A stretch of DNA of 44,130 nucleotides from a phage, in sequence record QB031380.1; one strand, 5' to 3'. A program made the position numbers and the translations under genes. A model generated the notes under the pieces. That model searched no databases, was not told the origin of the DNA, and saw nothing but the letters and a program-made list of their open reading frames with translations. This document shows positions 37,092 to 44,130 of the stretch, piece after piece. The first letter of the stretch is position 1. Every line of letters begins with the position of its first letter.

Positions 37092-37125
37092 TAAAAAGCC
37101 CGGTATTATCCGGGCTTGTTGGTTT
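37092..37125. terminator. bidirectional terminator
   Basis: AAAAA-GCCCGG-tattat-CCGGGC-TTGTTGGTTT. Confidence 0.55.
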
Positions 37126-37525
37126 ACGCGGCTGCCGTTACTGTGAAGCCTGCGTCAGCCTGCACCCTACTGCCGTCGGACGCCACCCAAACGATGCGGA
37201 CGTTACCCGCCGCTTTCGCTGTGATTTCGCCGGTAGTCGGATTGATTGAGGCGCGGTTAGGGTTAGCCGACACCCACGATCCGGCCTTGTTGGTAGCGTC
37301 GGATGGCAGGATGGCAACCGTCGCGGTGGCTGTCTCTCCGACGGCGGCGGTAACTGGATCGATGGTAACGGTCGCACTTGTCACCGGCTTACCTTCAGGC
37401 ACGGCCTTGTCGAAGACGCCTGAGATATTCATATCGCCAGCCAGGATGCGGCGCGCTTCTGGGTTCTGCACTGCGGGCAGTGTCTTGATAATGCGTTCTT
37501 TACGTCGCAAGATCGAATCTAACAT
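37124..37525 (-). CDS. Ig-like (Big_2-type) domain protein
   Basis: 133 aa; Thr/Ala/Val-rich beta-strand pattern typical of bacterial Ig-like domains. Confidence 0.5.
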   Translation of the reverse strand: MLDSILRRKERIIKTLPAVQNPEARRILAGDMNISGVFDKAVPEGKPVTSATVTIDPVTAAVGETATATVAILPSDATNKAGSWVSANPNRASINPTTGEITAKAAGNVRIVWVASDGSRVQADAGFTVTAAA

Positions 37526-37541
37526 ATTGTGTCACCTCGTA

Positions 37542-38033
37542 TTATGCAGCGTTACGACCGATTCGCTCGGCAACGTCCCACTGCTTACCATCAAACAACG
37601 CCTGTCTGCCGATTGCACGGCGTACCAGACCCTTTAACACTTCACCGCCTTGCTTGCGGAACTGCGGCAGAGTAGCACGGACCTTCGCCCAGTCGCCCAG
37701 TCGCACCGCGTCATCGAAATCATTCGCGACGTCATCCGGTACGATAGGACCAGGACCGGCGTTGATTACCAGGTCCACCAGCGCGTCGAATTGCGCCTGG
37801 TTAATGCTTGGATGTGCGTATTTGTTCACCCAGTCCTCGGCATACGCCACGTCGCGCTTTAGCAGTTCCAGCGCTTCCGCGCGGGTAATGCTTCGAGGCG
37901 GATTAGTGCCCGTATGACCATAGCCCCAGGTGTACAGGCCGCGGGCCTGCTCTTTCTTGGTTGCGAAATACGGCACCGGGCTGAAAGCCTCCCATGCTGC
38001 CGTAAATCTTAGACCGTTGTCACTGAATCGCAT
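37542..38033 (-). CDS. endolysin (phage lysozyme, GH24-like)
   Basis: E...Y.W.YGHTG and QAQFDALVDLVINAG pattern typical of phage lysozymes; preceded by two membrane-protein genes. Confidence 0.8.
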   Translation of the reverse strand: MRFSDNGLRFTAAWEAFSPVPYFATKKEQARGLYTWGYGHTGTNPPRSITRAEALELLKRDVAYAEDWVNKYAHPSINQAQFDALVDLVINAGPGPIVPDDVANDFDDAVRLGDWAKVRATLPQFRKQGGEVLKGLVRRAIGRQALFDGKQWDVAERIGRNAA

Positions 38034-38265
38034 GTTTTACCCCATTCAAAACAGCATTACGCAGTGTGCGCAATGCAAACAGCCATATTAACGCGGTCCA
38101 GGTGGTATCAGATACGTCTCCTGTTTGCAACAGTCCGATAATACAGACCATTGCCGTTAACAGATACAGCACCCGGCCGAAAATGCCATCCCGGACGGAC
38201 GGCGCATACACGTTAAACAGGGACGAAGCCCCGATGATAACAAACAACAGGACGGAGATAATCAT
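38020..38265 (-). CDS. holin-like membrane protein
   Basis: 81 aa with two hydrophobic helices, directly upstream of the endolysin. Confidence 0.6.
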   Translation of the reverse strand: MIISVLLFVIIGASSLFNVYAPSVRDGIFGRVLYLLTAMVCIIGLLQTGDVSDTTWTALIWLFALRTLRNAVLNGVKHAIQ

Positions 38266-38552
38266 TTTGCACCCCCCGGAAGTCGGAACGACGCAATAGT
38301 CTCCCTGATCCGGTCGGCGATTGGCATCCAGAAGATCGCAGTTACGAAGCCCAAACCGGCGACAGTGCGCTCACCCGACAAACCAGCCCACTCGGCAATA
38401 GCCGGTGCGCCAAATATGGCACACAGGAAGCCAACTACAACATACAAAACGAAGTTTAGCGGCCCCTTCGTAGCCTCACTATGAATGCGTGCGCCTACGA
38501 AGCCACCCGCCAGACATGCCAGGGCGAATAGCCACTCGTTTAGCTTATCCAT
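38262..38552 (-). CDS. holin/antiholin-like membrane protein
   Basis: 96 aa with several hydrophobic helices, in the lysis cassette. Confidence 0.5.
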   Translation of the reverse strand: MDKLNEWLFALACLAGGFVGARIHSEATKGPLNFVLYVVVGFLCAIFGAPAIAEWAGLSGERTVAGLGFVTAIFWMPIADRIRETIASFRLPGGAK

Positions 38553-38604
38553 AAAAAAGTCCCAGTAAGTTTTAGCTCACTGGGACTATATCACGCTTGC
38601 ATAA

Positions 38605-38931
38605 TTAATCGAAAATGGACCACTTGCCGACGCCTTTCCATTCCCACCCTGATGATCGGACGGCTTCGAATGTTCGACCGCCTATCATATCCCGATACCA
38701 CAGCCACCACATGCGCAACCTGGTTGGGTGCTCCGTGATTCCACGGCGCTTGTATATTTCGAACGTCATGCGGGTAATGCTGGCGGCTTCCACGGCGGGC
38801 CATACGACGAACATCAGGATGCCCAACAGCACCGCGGTAAGCAGGCACAGCCCGCAGATCAAACCAAACCAATAAATCACATCGTGTAACATCGAATTGC
38901 CCCTTCCGGTTTGCCAATATGGCGCGCCCAT
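38605..38931 (-). CDS. putative membrane protein
   Basis: Hydrophobic stretch VIYWFGLICGLCLLTAVLLGILMFVVW; an overlapping alternative frame exists. Confidence 0.35.
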   Translation of the reverse strand: MGAPYWQTGRGNSMLHDVIYWFGLICGLCLLTAVLLGILMFVVWPAVEAASITRMTFEIYKRRGITEHPTRLRMWWLWYRDMIGGRTFEAVRSSGWEWKGVGKWSIFD

Positions 38932-39013
38932 GCACGCGCCACGAAGTAATTGCGAAATACCCGACCGCCTATCTCAAAGCGGTTATGCTGAAGCATATCA
39001 CGGATCGTCGCAC

Positions 39014-39586
39014 TCATTTCAGAATCACCGAGCGCGGGTCGACGGCCTTCATGCTGCCGTCACGTTCGACCCGGATGAATCCAACGCCGTATTCCTGCGC
39101 ATGGCGCTGTGCATTCGTCACGGCATCAAAGCGATTAATAATCTCATGCGTCGCCTGGCGTATCGGGCCCATCACTTTGCTCGCGTCGTAGGTCGCATAG
39201 GCGGGCTGCGACTTGCGGAACTCCACACGCGTCTTCTTCGCCACGTCATGCGGATGGTTGTCACGAAGGTGGTATTTCCGGCCTACTCGTTCGTAGTTGA
39301 CAAGGCCGAAGTAAGTCATACCGGCGACGCCATCCTTGCGGGATTGCATACGCAGACCATGAAGACCGACATATTCTACGATCCACATACTGCCGTCGCG
39401 AATATCACGCAGCACATCGCCGCGCTCGATATCATGCGTGACAATATCGTATTTCTCCGGCAGCTTTGCCTTACTCGCCCACCATACAAGATCGCTTGCG
39501 GCGTGGTGCAAGCGGACGTGTGCCGCAAGGGTCTGTATTGGTCTCAGGATTTTGCCGTCCGATTTACGGCGGAATAGTAATTTCAT
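39014..39586 (-). CDS. hypothetical protein
   Basis: 190 aa with GAGGAG RBS; ATG overlaps the stop of the upstream small ORF. Confidence 0.5.
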   Translation of the reverse strand: MKLLFRRKSDGKILRPIQTLAAHVRLHHAASDLVWWASKAKLPEKYDIVTHDIERGDVLRDIRDGSMWIVEYVGLHGLRMQSRKDGVAGMTYFGLVNYERVGRKYHLRDNHPHDVAKKTRVEFRKSQPAYATYDASKVMGPIRQATHEIINRFDAVTNAQRHAQEYGVGFIRVERDGSMKAVDPRSVILK

Positions 39587-39717
39587 TGTTCTGTCTCCTC
39601 AATTTCATCGATAGTCTTCGTGTCGCCATCGCATACCGTAGCGATGCCGTTTTGTTCGTAGTCAAGTACGCACATATGCAGGTAGATAAACTCCTGCGAG
39701 AATCCGCCTATCATCAT
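39583..39717 (-). CDS. small hypothetical protein (44 aa)
   Basis: ATG overlaps the upstream stop and its TGA overlaps the downstream ATG; peptide MMIGGFSQEF...EETEQ. Confidence 0.3.
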   Translation of the reverse strand: MMIGGFSQEFIYLHMCVLDYEQNGIATVCDGDTKTIDEIEETEQ

Positions 39718-39983
39718 TTGCGCAGTCTCCAGTGTTTGCCTACCCGCTCGACTGCAGGCTTCCGGCGGATGGTAATACGGATTCCAATTGGTTGCAAGGA
39801 CGTTTTTATGGCAAGCCCATGCTCCCTGGCGAACTTGTGCAGATAGCGGGTCTGCGTTAACGGCTTAACATCGTCGCGATAGCTCCAGAACACAGAATCG
39901 CCCTCAACCGCATTCTGCGCCCATATTCGTATGCAATGCAGTGGAATATGCCATGAAAGCTGTTTAGCTCGTCTGCGGTCCAT
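39714..39983 (-). CDS. hypothetical protein
   Basis: 89 aa ORF with AAGGGG RBS. Confidence 0.4.
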   Translation of the reverse strand: MDRRRAKQLSWHIPLHCIRIWAQNAVEGDSVFWSYRDDVKPLTQTRYLHKFAREHGLAIKTSLQPIGIRITIRRKPAVERVGKHWRLRK

Positions 39984-39992
39984 TTTGGCCCC

Positions 39993-40319
39993 TTATTTCG
40001 CAAGCTGGGCGAATAGCTCGCGTTGGGCTGCAATCCGGGCGATGTTTGTCGCTGCCGTCTCACCGACCCCGAAGCGATACGCCAGGCGCTCACGGGAGAA
40101 TGCCAGCGCGTAGTCCTGGATGGCGTTCGCCAGTGGCTGGATCTCATCCATCGTGTCGAAGCGGCGCTCAAGCATCACGGCGATGGCCCGCTGCATTACC
40201 CTCACAACGGCCCACGCTGCCGATAGTCTTTCTACTGCTTCCGCCCCCTCACCGGCGAACTCCGCCGCTTCTTGTGCCTTCGCCATGGCCATTGCGTAAT
40301 TCCAGATTAATTTTTTCAT
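39993..40319 (-). CDS. hypothetical protein
   Basis: 108 aa; first gene downstream of the promoter at 40348-40376. Confidence 0.5.
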   Translation of the reverse strand: MKKLIWNYAMAMAKAQEAAEFAGEGAEAVERLSAAWAVVRVMQRAIAVMLERRFDTMDEIQPLANAIQDYALAFSRERLAYRFGVGETAATNIARIAAQRELFAQLAK

Positions 40320-40347
40320 CGTTCAGTCCTCATGTTGGTGTGCAACC

Positions 40348-40376
40348 AATCTAGCAGGGTGCTGGCTCGAATGCAA
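40348..40376 (-). promoter_or_regulatory. sigma70-like promoter TTGCAT-N17-TAGATT flanked by TTGGTTGCA elements
   Basis: Minus strand reads ATTGGTTGCAT...TAGATTGGTTGCAC. Confidence 0.45.
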
Positions 40377-40530
40377 CCAATATTAATCATGCGCATGAAA
40401 AAGTTGATCGCTATCTGCTGTGACTGCAAACTGCATTTTTCGCACCACGTTCTGCATCTCGCATTGGTTGCCTAGTTCAGTGGCGACCGCAATCCGCAAC
40501 ATGCTGCCGTGTATTTTGCAATCCCGGATT

Positions 40531-40705
40531 TTATGCAGTCTCAGACGAGGGGGGCCATTGACCCCCGTCTAGTCTGAAAGACTGGGAGTTGTCCCGCCTG
40601 TCCCGCTCCTCGCCAGGCCGCGTCATCCGGGGCGGGACAGGGGTGCTGTCCCGCTTTGTCCCGCCCTTGGTCTGTCCCGCTTTTTGTCCCGCTTACTTTA
40701 TGCAG
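40531..40705. repeat. Iteron-rich intergenic element, copy 2
   Basis: Near-identical to 23711-23884; bounded by TTATGCAG at both ends; about 8 GTCCCGC/GCGGGAC heptamers. Confidence 0.8.
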
Positions 40706-40740
40706 TTTTATTGCATAACTATTCACTATATTTTTACTAC

Positions 40741-40790
40741 ACGGCAACCAATGCGACCGACTAAAAATACACAAAACGGCAACCAATGCG
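40741..40790. repeat. Direct repeat ACGGCAACCAATGCG x2 just downstream of the primase/helicase stop
   Basis: Two identical 15-mers about 34 bp apart. Confidence 0.6.
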
Positions 40791-40798
40791 CGCAAAAT

Positions 40799-43063
40799 TT
40801 AATCTTTCAGGTCGTCATCGGTAGCTGAAAGCGTTATGGGGATATCCGATTTGATGACTAAATTCGACGACCCATATATGGCCCCGGTGTGCGGATCTGT
40901 ATAAAAACCAATCACGCCGCGCTCGACCATATCGTCGATTGCCTTCGTCGAAGTACCACCCTTAGCGAGTCCCGCCTGGCGGACAATTGCCGATTTACTG
41001 AATCCAGTATGGTCCGGGTTATCTTCCATCAGTTTTTCCAGGGCCGCATAAAGCACTTTCTCTTTTTCGTTGCGCGGTCCGGCGGCGTTTTCTTCCTTAA
41101 CTGCAGCTTTGCCCGCGGCCTTCGCCTGTTCGATGGCGAACGGTGCCAGGGCGACCGGTACGAGGTACAGAGTCTCGTCGCGTGGCGTGGACGCAATTGG
41201 TTTAACGTCCCAACCGGCAACTACGTCGCCGAAGTCCGGCCCGGTGCTGGTGGACTGGTGCGACGCGAACGCTTCTGACTTGCGGAGATCTACCTTCACC
41301 TTGCACTTGAGCAGGACGAAGCCACGCGGCGCTTGCTTGATGCCATTACGTGATTTTTCGTGATACAGGTTAAGTTGTCCCGGCTGGTTGTCGTCCGGCT
41401 GTTCCAGGAAGAAAGCGGAATCGACAGCACCATGCAGTGCGCCGGACCCACGGGGAGATCTGCTACCGTTTGCACCCTTCGCAGGGTGGTGGATGACGCC
41501 CGCACTGCCGCCTGTGTTTTCCGCGATGGCTTTTAGCGCTTTAACCACTTCGCCCATATCGCTGGCGTTGTTCTCGTCAAACGGTTTAGCATCGGCGGAC
41601 CGCAGCGCAACAGTCTGGTTGAGTGAGTCGAACGCCACCAGGCCAACAGGTTCGCCGTTAGCGGTGCGGTTGATAAAGCTGATAACTTCGCGCAAACCGG
41701 ACTTGCTGGTGATATCCCAGCCGCGGGACTGCAGGTCTATAATGTGCAGCTTGTCCAGGTCGTGCTCGTATTTAATCTGCAATGCTTCTTTGCGCTGGTT
41801 GGAGGCTTCGCCGCCTTCCGCATCAAAATAGAAGCAATGCGACTGGACTACCTTCGCACCACCAAACGGAATACCAGCGGCAACCGCACCCATCTGCCCC
41901 AGCACGTAGAAGGACTTACCTATGTTCGACTCGCCCGCCATATACCAGGTCGATTTGAAGTTAATCAGCCCTTCGATGATCGGGTCGTGCTTGCTGAACA
42001 GTGCGACCGGCTCGTTATCCAGGTCTGCGTCCGTACATTCGCCGTATTCTTCGCCGTCGCCAACCGCATCAACAATATGATCATATAAGGATTCGACTTC
42101 CTCGTCGTCCAGACCTGGCAGGATGGCGGCGATTTGCTTACGTGACATGTTGTGTGGCTCGACGTTCAGGTGGTCCGGGATACCGATAAGACGTAGCGCC
42201 AGGTGCTGGTGTCTATTCAGCTCCGAGCAACACTCGTTGCCTGTGTGCATACACTTGAAACGGATCTCGCCATCCTTAACCATGATAGCCGTCGACCCTT
42301 CGCCGCTGTGCAGATGTTCGTTCGGGCACGGCACTTCATAACCGCGACCGGATGATAACTCCTCGAATCCTGCCTGGAAGCACCAGTCCAGAATGCCGTC
42401 TGCCACTGCGTCGTCGCCCTGGGTAAGCTCGCGGCGTACTTCCTCTTTCTCCACCCCCAGCTTGTCAGCCAGGCGGAGCAGACGCCGCACATTTGCACGT
42501 TTGCCGTAGTGACACTTAATGACAGACTGCTGGTGTGGCAGGTACATAAGACGGTTTGTGTCCTTCGTACAATCGTCGAAGTCCACATCTGACAGGCCCA
42601 GTTGGTGTAATAGCGCATACTGGACACGGCCCAGGTCTTCCGCCGGGACAGGCTTGTCAGTGAGTACCAGGAAGCGAGCGCAACGCGTTCCGCCTTTCAG
42701 TGGGTGGCGGTCGCCGGTGGTTGTGTGGAATACGTGCTCCAGCCCCGCGTCGATGAAAGCCTTACGGCAGCGGCGTAGGGTGCGGGTGTCGGTACGGTCA
42801 ATATCGAAGAACAGGATCGAGCGGTCCACCGCACTGGTCTTGCGGCGTAAGCCGTCACTGGTATACGCCACGATGCCATCGGCCTTACGCTTGCGGCGTG
42901 CATACTCGGCTTTATCTTCCGTCTTGTTGATATGCACCGAGGAGATTTCTTTCGCATCATTGATAAATTCGAAAAATTCATCGGTGGTCATCTGGAAGTT
43001 TTCCGCCCTGGCTTTTTCGCCTTTTTTAGCGGGTCTTGTTACAGCGAATTTAATTAAGCTCAT
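40799..43063 (-). CDS. DNA primase/helicase (primase-like N-terminal region plus RecA-like ATPase)
   Basis: 754 aa; Walker A GESNIGKS; Cys-rich middle segment. Confidence 0.65.
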   Translation of the reverse strand: MSLIKFAVTRPAKKGEKARAENFQMTTDEFFEFINDAKEISSVHINKTEDKAEYARRKRKADGIVAYTSDGLRRKTSAVDRSILFFDIDRTDTRTLRRCRKAFIDAGLEHVFHTTTGDRHPLKGGTRCARFLVLTDKPVPAEDLGRVQYALLHQLGLSDVDFDDCTKDTNRLMYLPHQQSVIKCHYGKRANVRRLLRLADKLGVEKEEVRRELTQGDDAVADGILDWCFQAGFEELSSGRGYEVPCPNEHLHSGEGSTAIMVKDGEIRFKCMHTGNECCSELNRHQHLALRLIGIPDHLNVEPHNMSRKQIAAILPGLDDEEVESLYDHIVDAVGDGEEYGECTDADLDNEPVALFSKHDPIIEGLINFKSTWYMAGESNIGKSFYVLGQMGAVAAGIPFGGAKVVQSHCFYFDAEGGEASNQRKEALQIKYEHDLDKLHIIDLQSRGWDITSKSGLREVISFINRTANGEPVGLVAFDSLNQTVALRSADAKPFDENNASDMGEVVKALKAIAENTGGSAGVIHHPAKGANGSRSPRGSGALHGAVDSAFFLEQPDDNQPGQLNLYHEKSRNGIKQAPRGFVLLKCKVKVDLRKSEAFASHQSTSTGPDFGDVVAGWDVKPIASTPRDETLYLVPVALAPFAIEQAKAAGKAAVKEENAAGPRNEKEKVLYAALEKLMEDNPDHTGFSKSAIVRQAGLAKGGTSTKAIDDMVERGVIGFYTDPHTGAIYGSSNLVIKSDIPITLSATDDDLKD

Positions 43064-43073
43064 TGCCGTGGCC

Positions 43074-43403
43074 TTACTTAGAAGTTTTATTATTGCGTAC
43101 CCATGAGCGCACTGTGCTCTGATTAATTCCTGTCAACTCAGCGATCATTGCCCAGGATTTGCCCTCGGCGCGCAAACGGATAACCTGTTTTTTGTATTCT
43201 TCCATTTCTTCATTGTGCTTTTGCAGCTTGCTGGCTGCCGTACCGTTGAGCAATTCCAGCCTGGCGCGTAATTCTTTTTCTACACTGCGCAGGCGCTCGA
43301 CCTCAAATAGCACCGCACCCACGGCATCGGTATACGCCCAGGACCGGCTTGTCTCACTGCAAACAGTCTTAGTTAACATTTCTATTGCGTCGTTTACATT
43401 CAT
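43074..43403 (-). CDS. HTH DNA-binding regulator
   Basis: 109 aa; C-terminal GKSWAMIAELTGINQSTVRSW helix-turn-helix; GAGGA RBS. Confidence 0.6.
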   Translation of the reverse strand: MNVNDAIEMLTKTVCSETSRSWAYTDAVGAVLFEVERLRSVEKELRARLELLNGTAASKLQKHNEEMEEYKKQVIRLRAEGKSWAMIAELTGINQSTVRSWVRNNKTSK

Positions 43404-43434
43404 TGCTCTGTCCTCGGTTGGTTAATGACCAACG

Positions 43435-43463
43435 AAGCTACACCTAAAACCGCAGGGTGTCAA
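43435..43463 (-). promoter_or_regulatory. sigma70-like promoter TTGACA-N17-TAGCTT for the HTH regulator gene
   Basis: Perfect -35 hexamer; palindrome CGTTGGT-catta-ACCAACG lies between the -10 and the RBS. Confidence 0.5.
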
Positions 43464-43476
43464 CTTCTTTGGAATA

Positions 43477-43504
43477 TTGAAACGGGCGCGCACGCGTGTA
43501 ATAA
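43477..43504 (+). promoter_or_regulatory. sigma70-like promoter TTGAAA-N16-TG-TAATAAT, divergent from the regulator promoter
   Basis: Hexamers and extended -10 TG read directly. Confidence 0.45.
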
Positions 43505-43532
43505 TACCCCCGTCTCATTGTCTCTTATTGGT

Positions 43533-43569
43533 TAGCGCCGTCGCATTTTGCTTCGGCGCTTTTTTTTTG
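43533..43569 (+). terminator. Rho-independent terminator
   Basis: AGCGCCG...CGGCGCT stem followed by a run of nine T. Confidence 0.6.
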
Positions 43570-43579
43570 AAATTAGTTG

Positions 43580-43608
43580 TTGACTCCCTCATGCAACCAA
43601 TCTAATAT
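43580..43608 (+). promoter_or_regulatory. sigma70-like promoter TTGACT-N17-TAATAT with TGCAACCAA in the spacer
   Basis: Hexamers and motif read directly; about 200 nt upstream of the ATG at 43805. Confidence 0.45.
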
Positions 43609-43804
43609 TCACCTCGTCGACAGGATGCAGGACGCAAACTGGAGAGGGGCAACGCAGGGGCCGGATCGAAGTGTCAGGATTCCCAACCGTGATTATATAA
43701 CCAGGTCCACTACCCGAACGGGAGAACGCGTAACCTGGCAATATGTTAAGGCCACCGACGAAGTTAATGGTCGACACCTAAACTTAACCAATCGGAGATA
43801 TACC

Positions 43805-44130
43805 ATGTTTGAGCAAATCGTAAACCTGATCACTCGCGGCGTAGTAGCACTGGAAACCATCGCAAAACATTATGAAACCGTGGGCGCTGCCGTTGGTAAG
43901 CAGGAAGACAAGAAGCCGTCTAAGGCCAAAAAAGAAGTTGTCGAAGATGACGACGCTGAAGACGAAGCACCGGCGAAAACCAAAAAAGCACCGGCGAAAG
44001 GTAAGGCCAAAAAAGAAGTCGTAGAGGATGACGACGAGGATGAATCCGAAGACGAAAAACCGGCGAAGGGTAAAAAAGCACCCGCGAAAGGCAAAGGTAA
44101 GAAAGATGCCGATCCGCTAGCAGAGATGCG
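43805..44130 (+). CDS. N-terminal part of an acidic/Lys-rich repeat protein (runs off the window end)
   Basis: ATG with GGAGA RBS; repeats of KKEVVEDDD and KAPAKGK; no stop before the window end; not in the ORF track. Confidence 0.5.
   Translation, partial: MFEQIVNLITRGVVALETIAKHYETVGAAVGKQEDKKPSKAKKEVVEDDDAEDEAPAKTKKAPAKGKAKKEVVEDDDEDESEDEKPAKGKKAPAKGKGKKDADPLAEM

Noticed and set aside
36907-37637. Plus-strand ORFs (79, 67 and 173 aa) across the Big_2 gene and terminator region
   Set aside because: They cross a bidirectional terminator and are antisense to the Ig-like domain gene; no RBS.
38897-39577. Plus-strand ORF of 226 aa antisense to the 190 aa minus-strand gene
   Set aside because: The minus-strand gene has a GAGGAG RBS and stop/start coupling with its neighbours; the plus ORF has neither.
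43600-43804. Possible tRNA or structured RNA in the ~200 nt leader upstream of the ATG at 43805
   Set aside because: No cloverleaf with T-loop GTTCRANYC-like motif or anticodon stem could be drawn by eye; treated as an untranslated leader, although a tRNA scan would be needed to exclude it formally.
1-44130. Temperate lifestyle (integrase, CI-like repressor, attachment site)
   Set aside because: No ORF with integrase or recombinase motifs and no repressor/Cro-like divergent pair was recognised; the gene content looks like a virulent phage, though this cannot be proven by eye alone.

Overview
The window reads as an essentially complete ~44 kb genome of a tailed dsDNA phage (siphovirus-type) of an enterobacterial host. 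A plus-strand replication/early module (236-11814) encodes a DUF2800-like nuclease, DUF2815-like ssDNA-binding protein, family A DNA polymerase, VRR-NUC nuclease, SNF2-type helicase, two DNA methyltransferase-like proteins and a HAD-like hydrolase. The minus strand (11842-43403) carries a lambda-like tail module (fibre with S74 chaperone domain, J, I, K, L, M, tape measure, G/GT frameshift chaperones, V), head-tail joining genes, major capsid, scaffold, an overlapping Rz/Rz1 spanin pair, Mu F-like head protein, portal, terminase large and small subunits, an HTH-metallophosphoesterase, a holin/endolysin cassette, a primase/helicase and a small HTH regulator. No integrase, repressor, tRNA or CRISPR array was recognised. 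The most unusual signals are two near-identical ~175 bp intergenic elements packed with GTCCCGC iterons (one beside the primase/helicase gene), a TTGGTTGCA half-site motif recurring at promoters on both strands, a plus-strand gene with its own promoter and terminator inside the head operon, and a lipoprotein cassette antisense to the tail genes. Functional calls rest on motifs I recognise by eye and on gene order, not on database searches. Hand-located intergenic coordinates may be off by a few bases.
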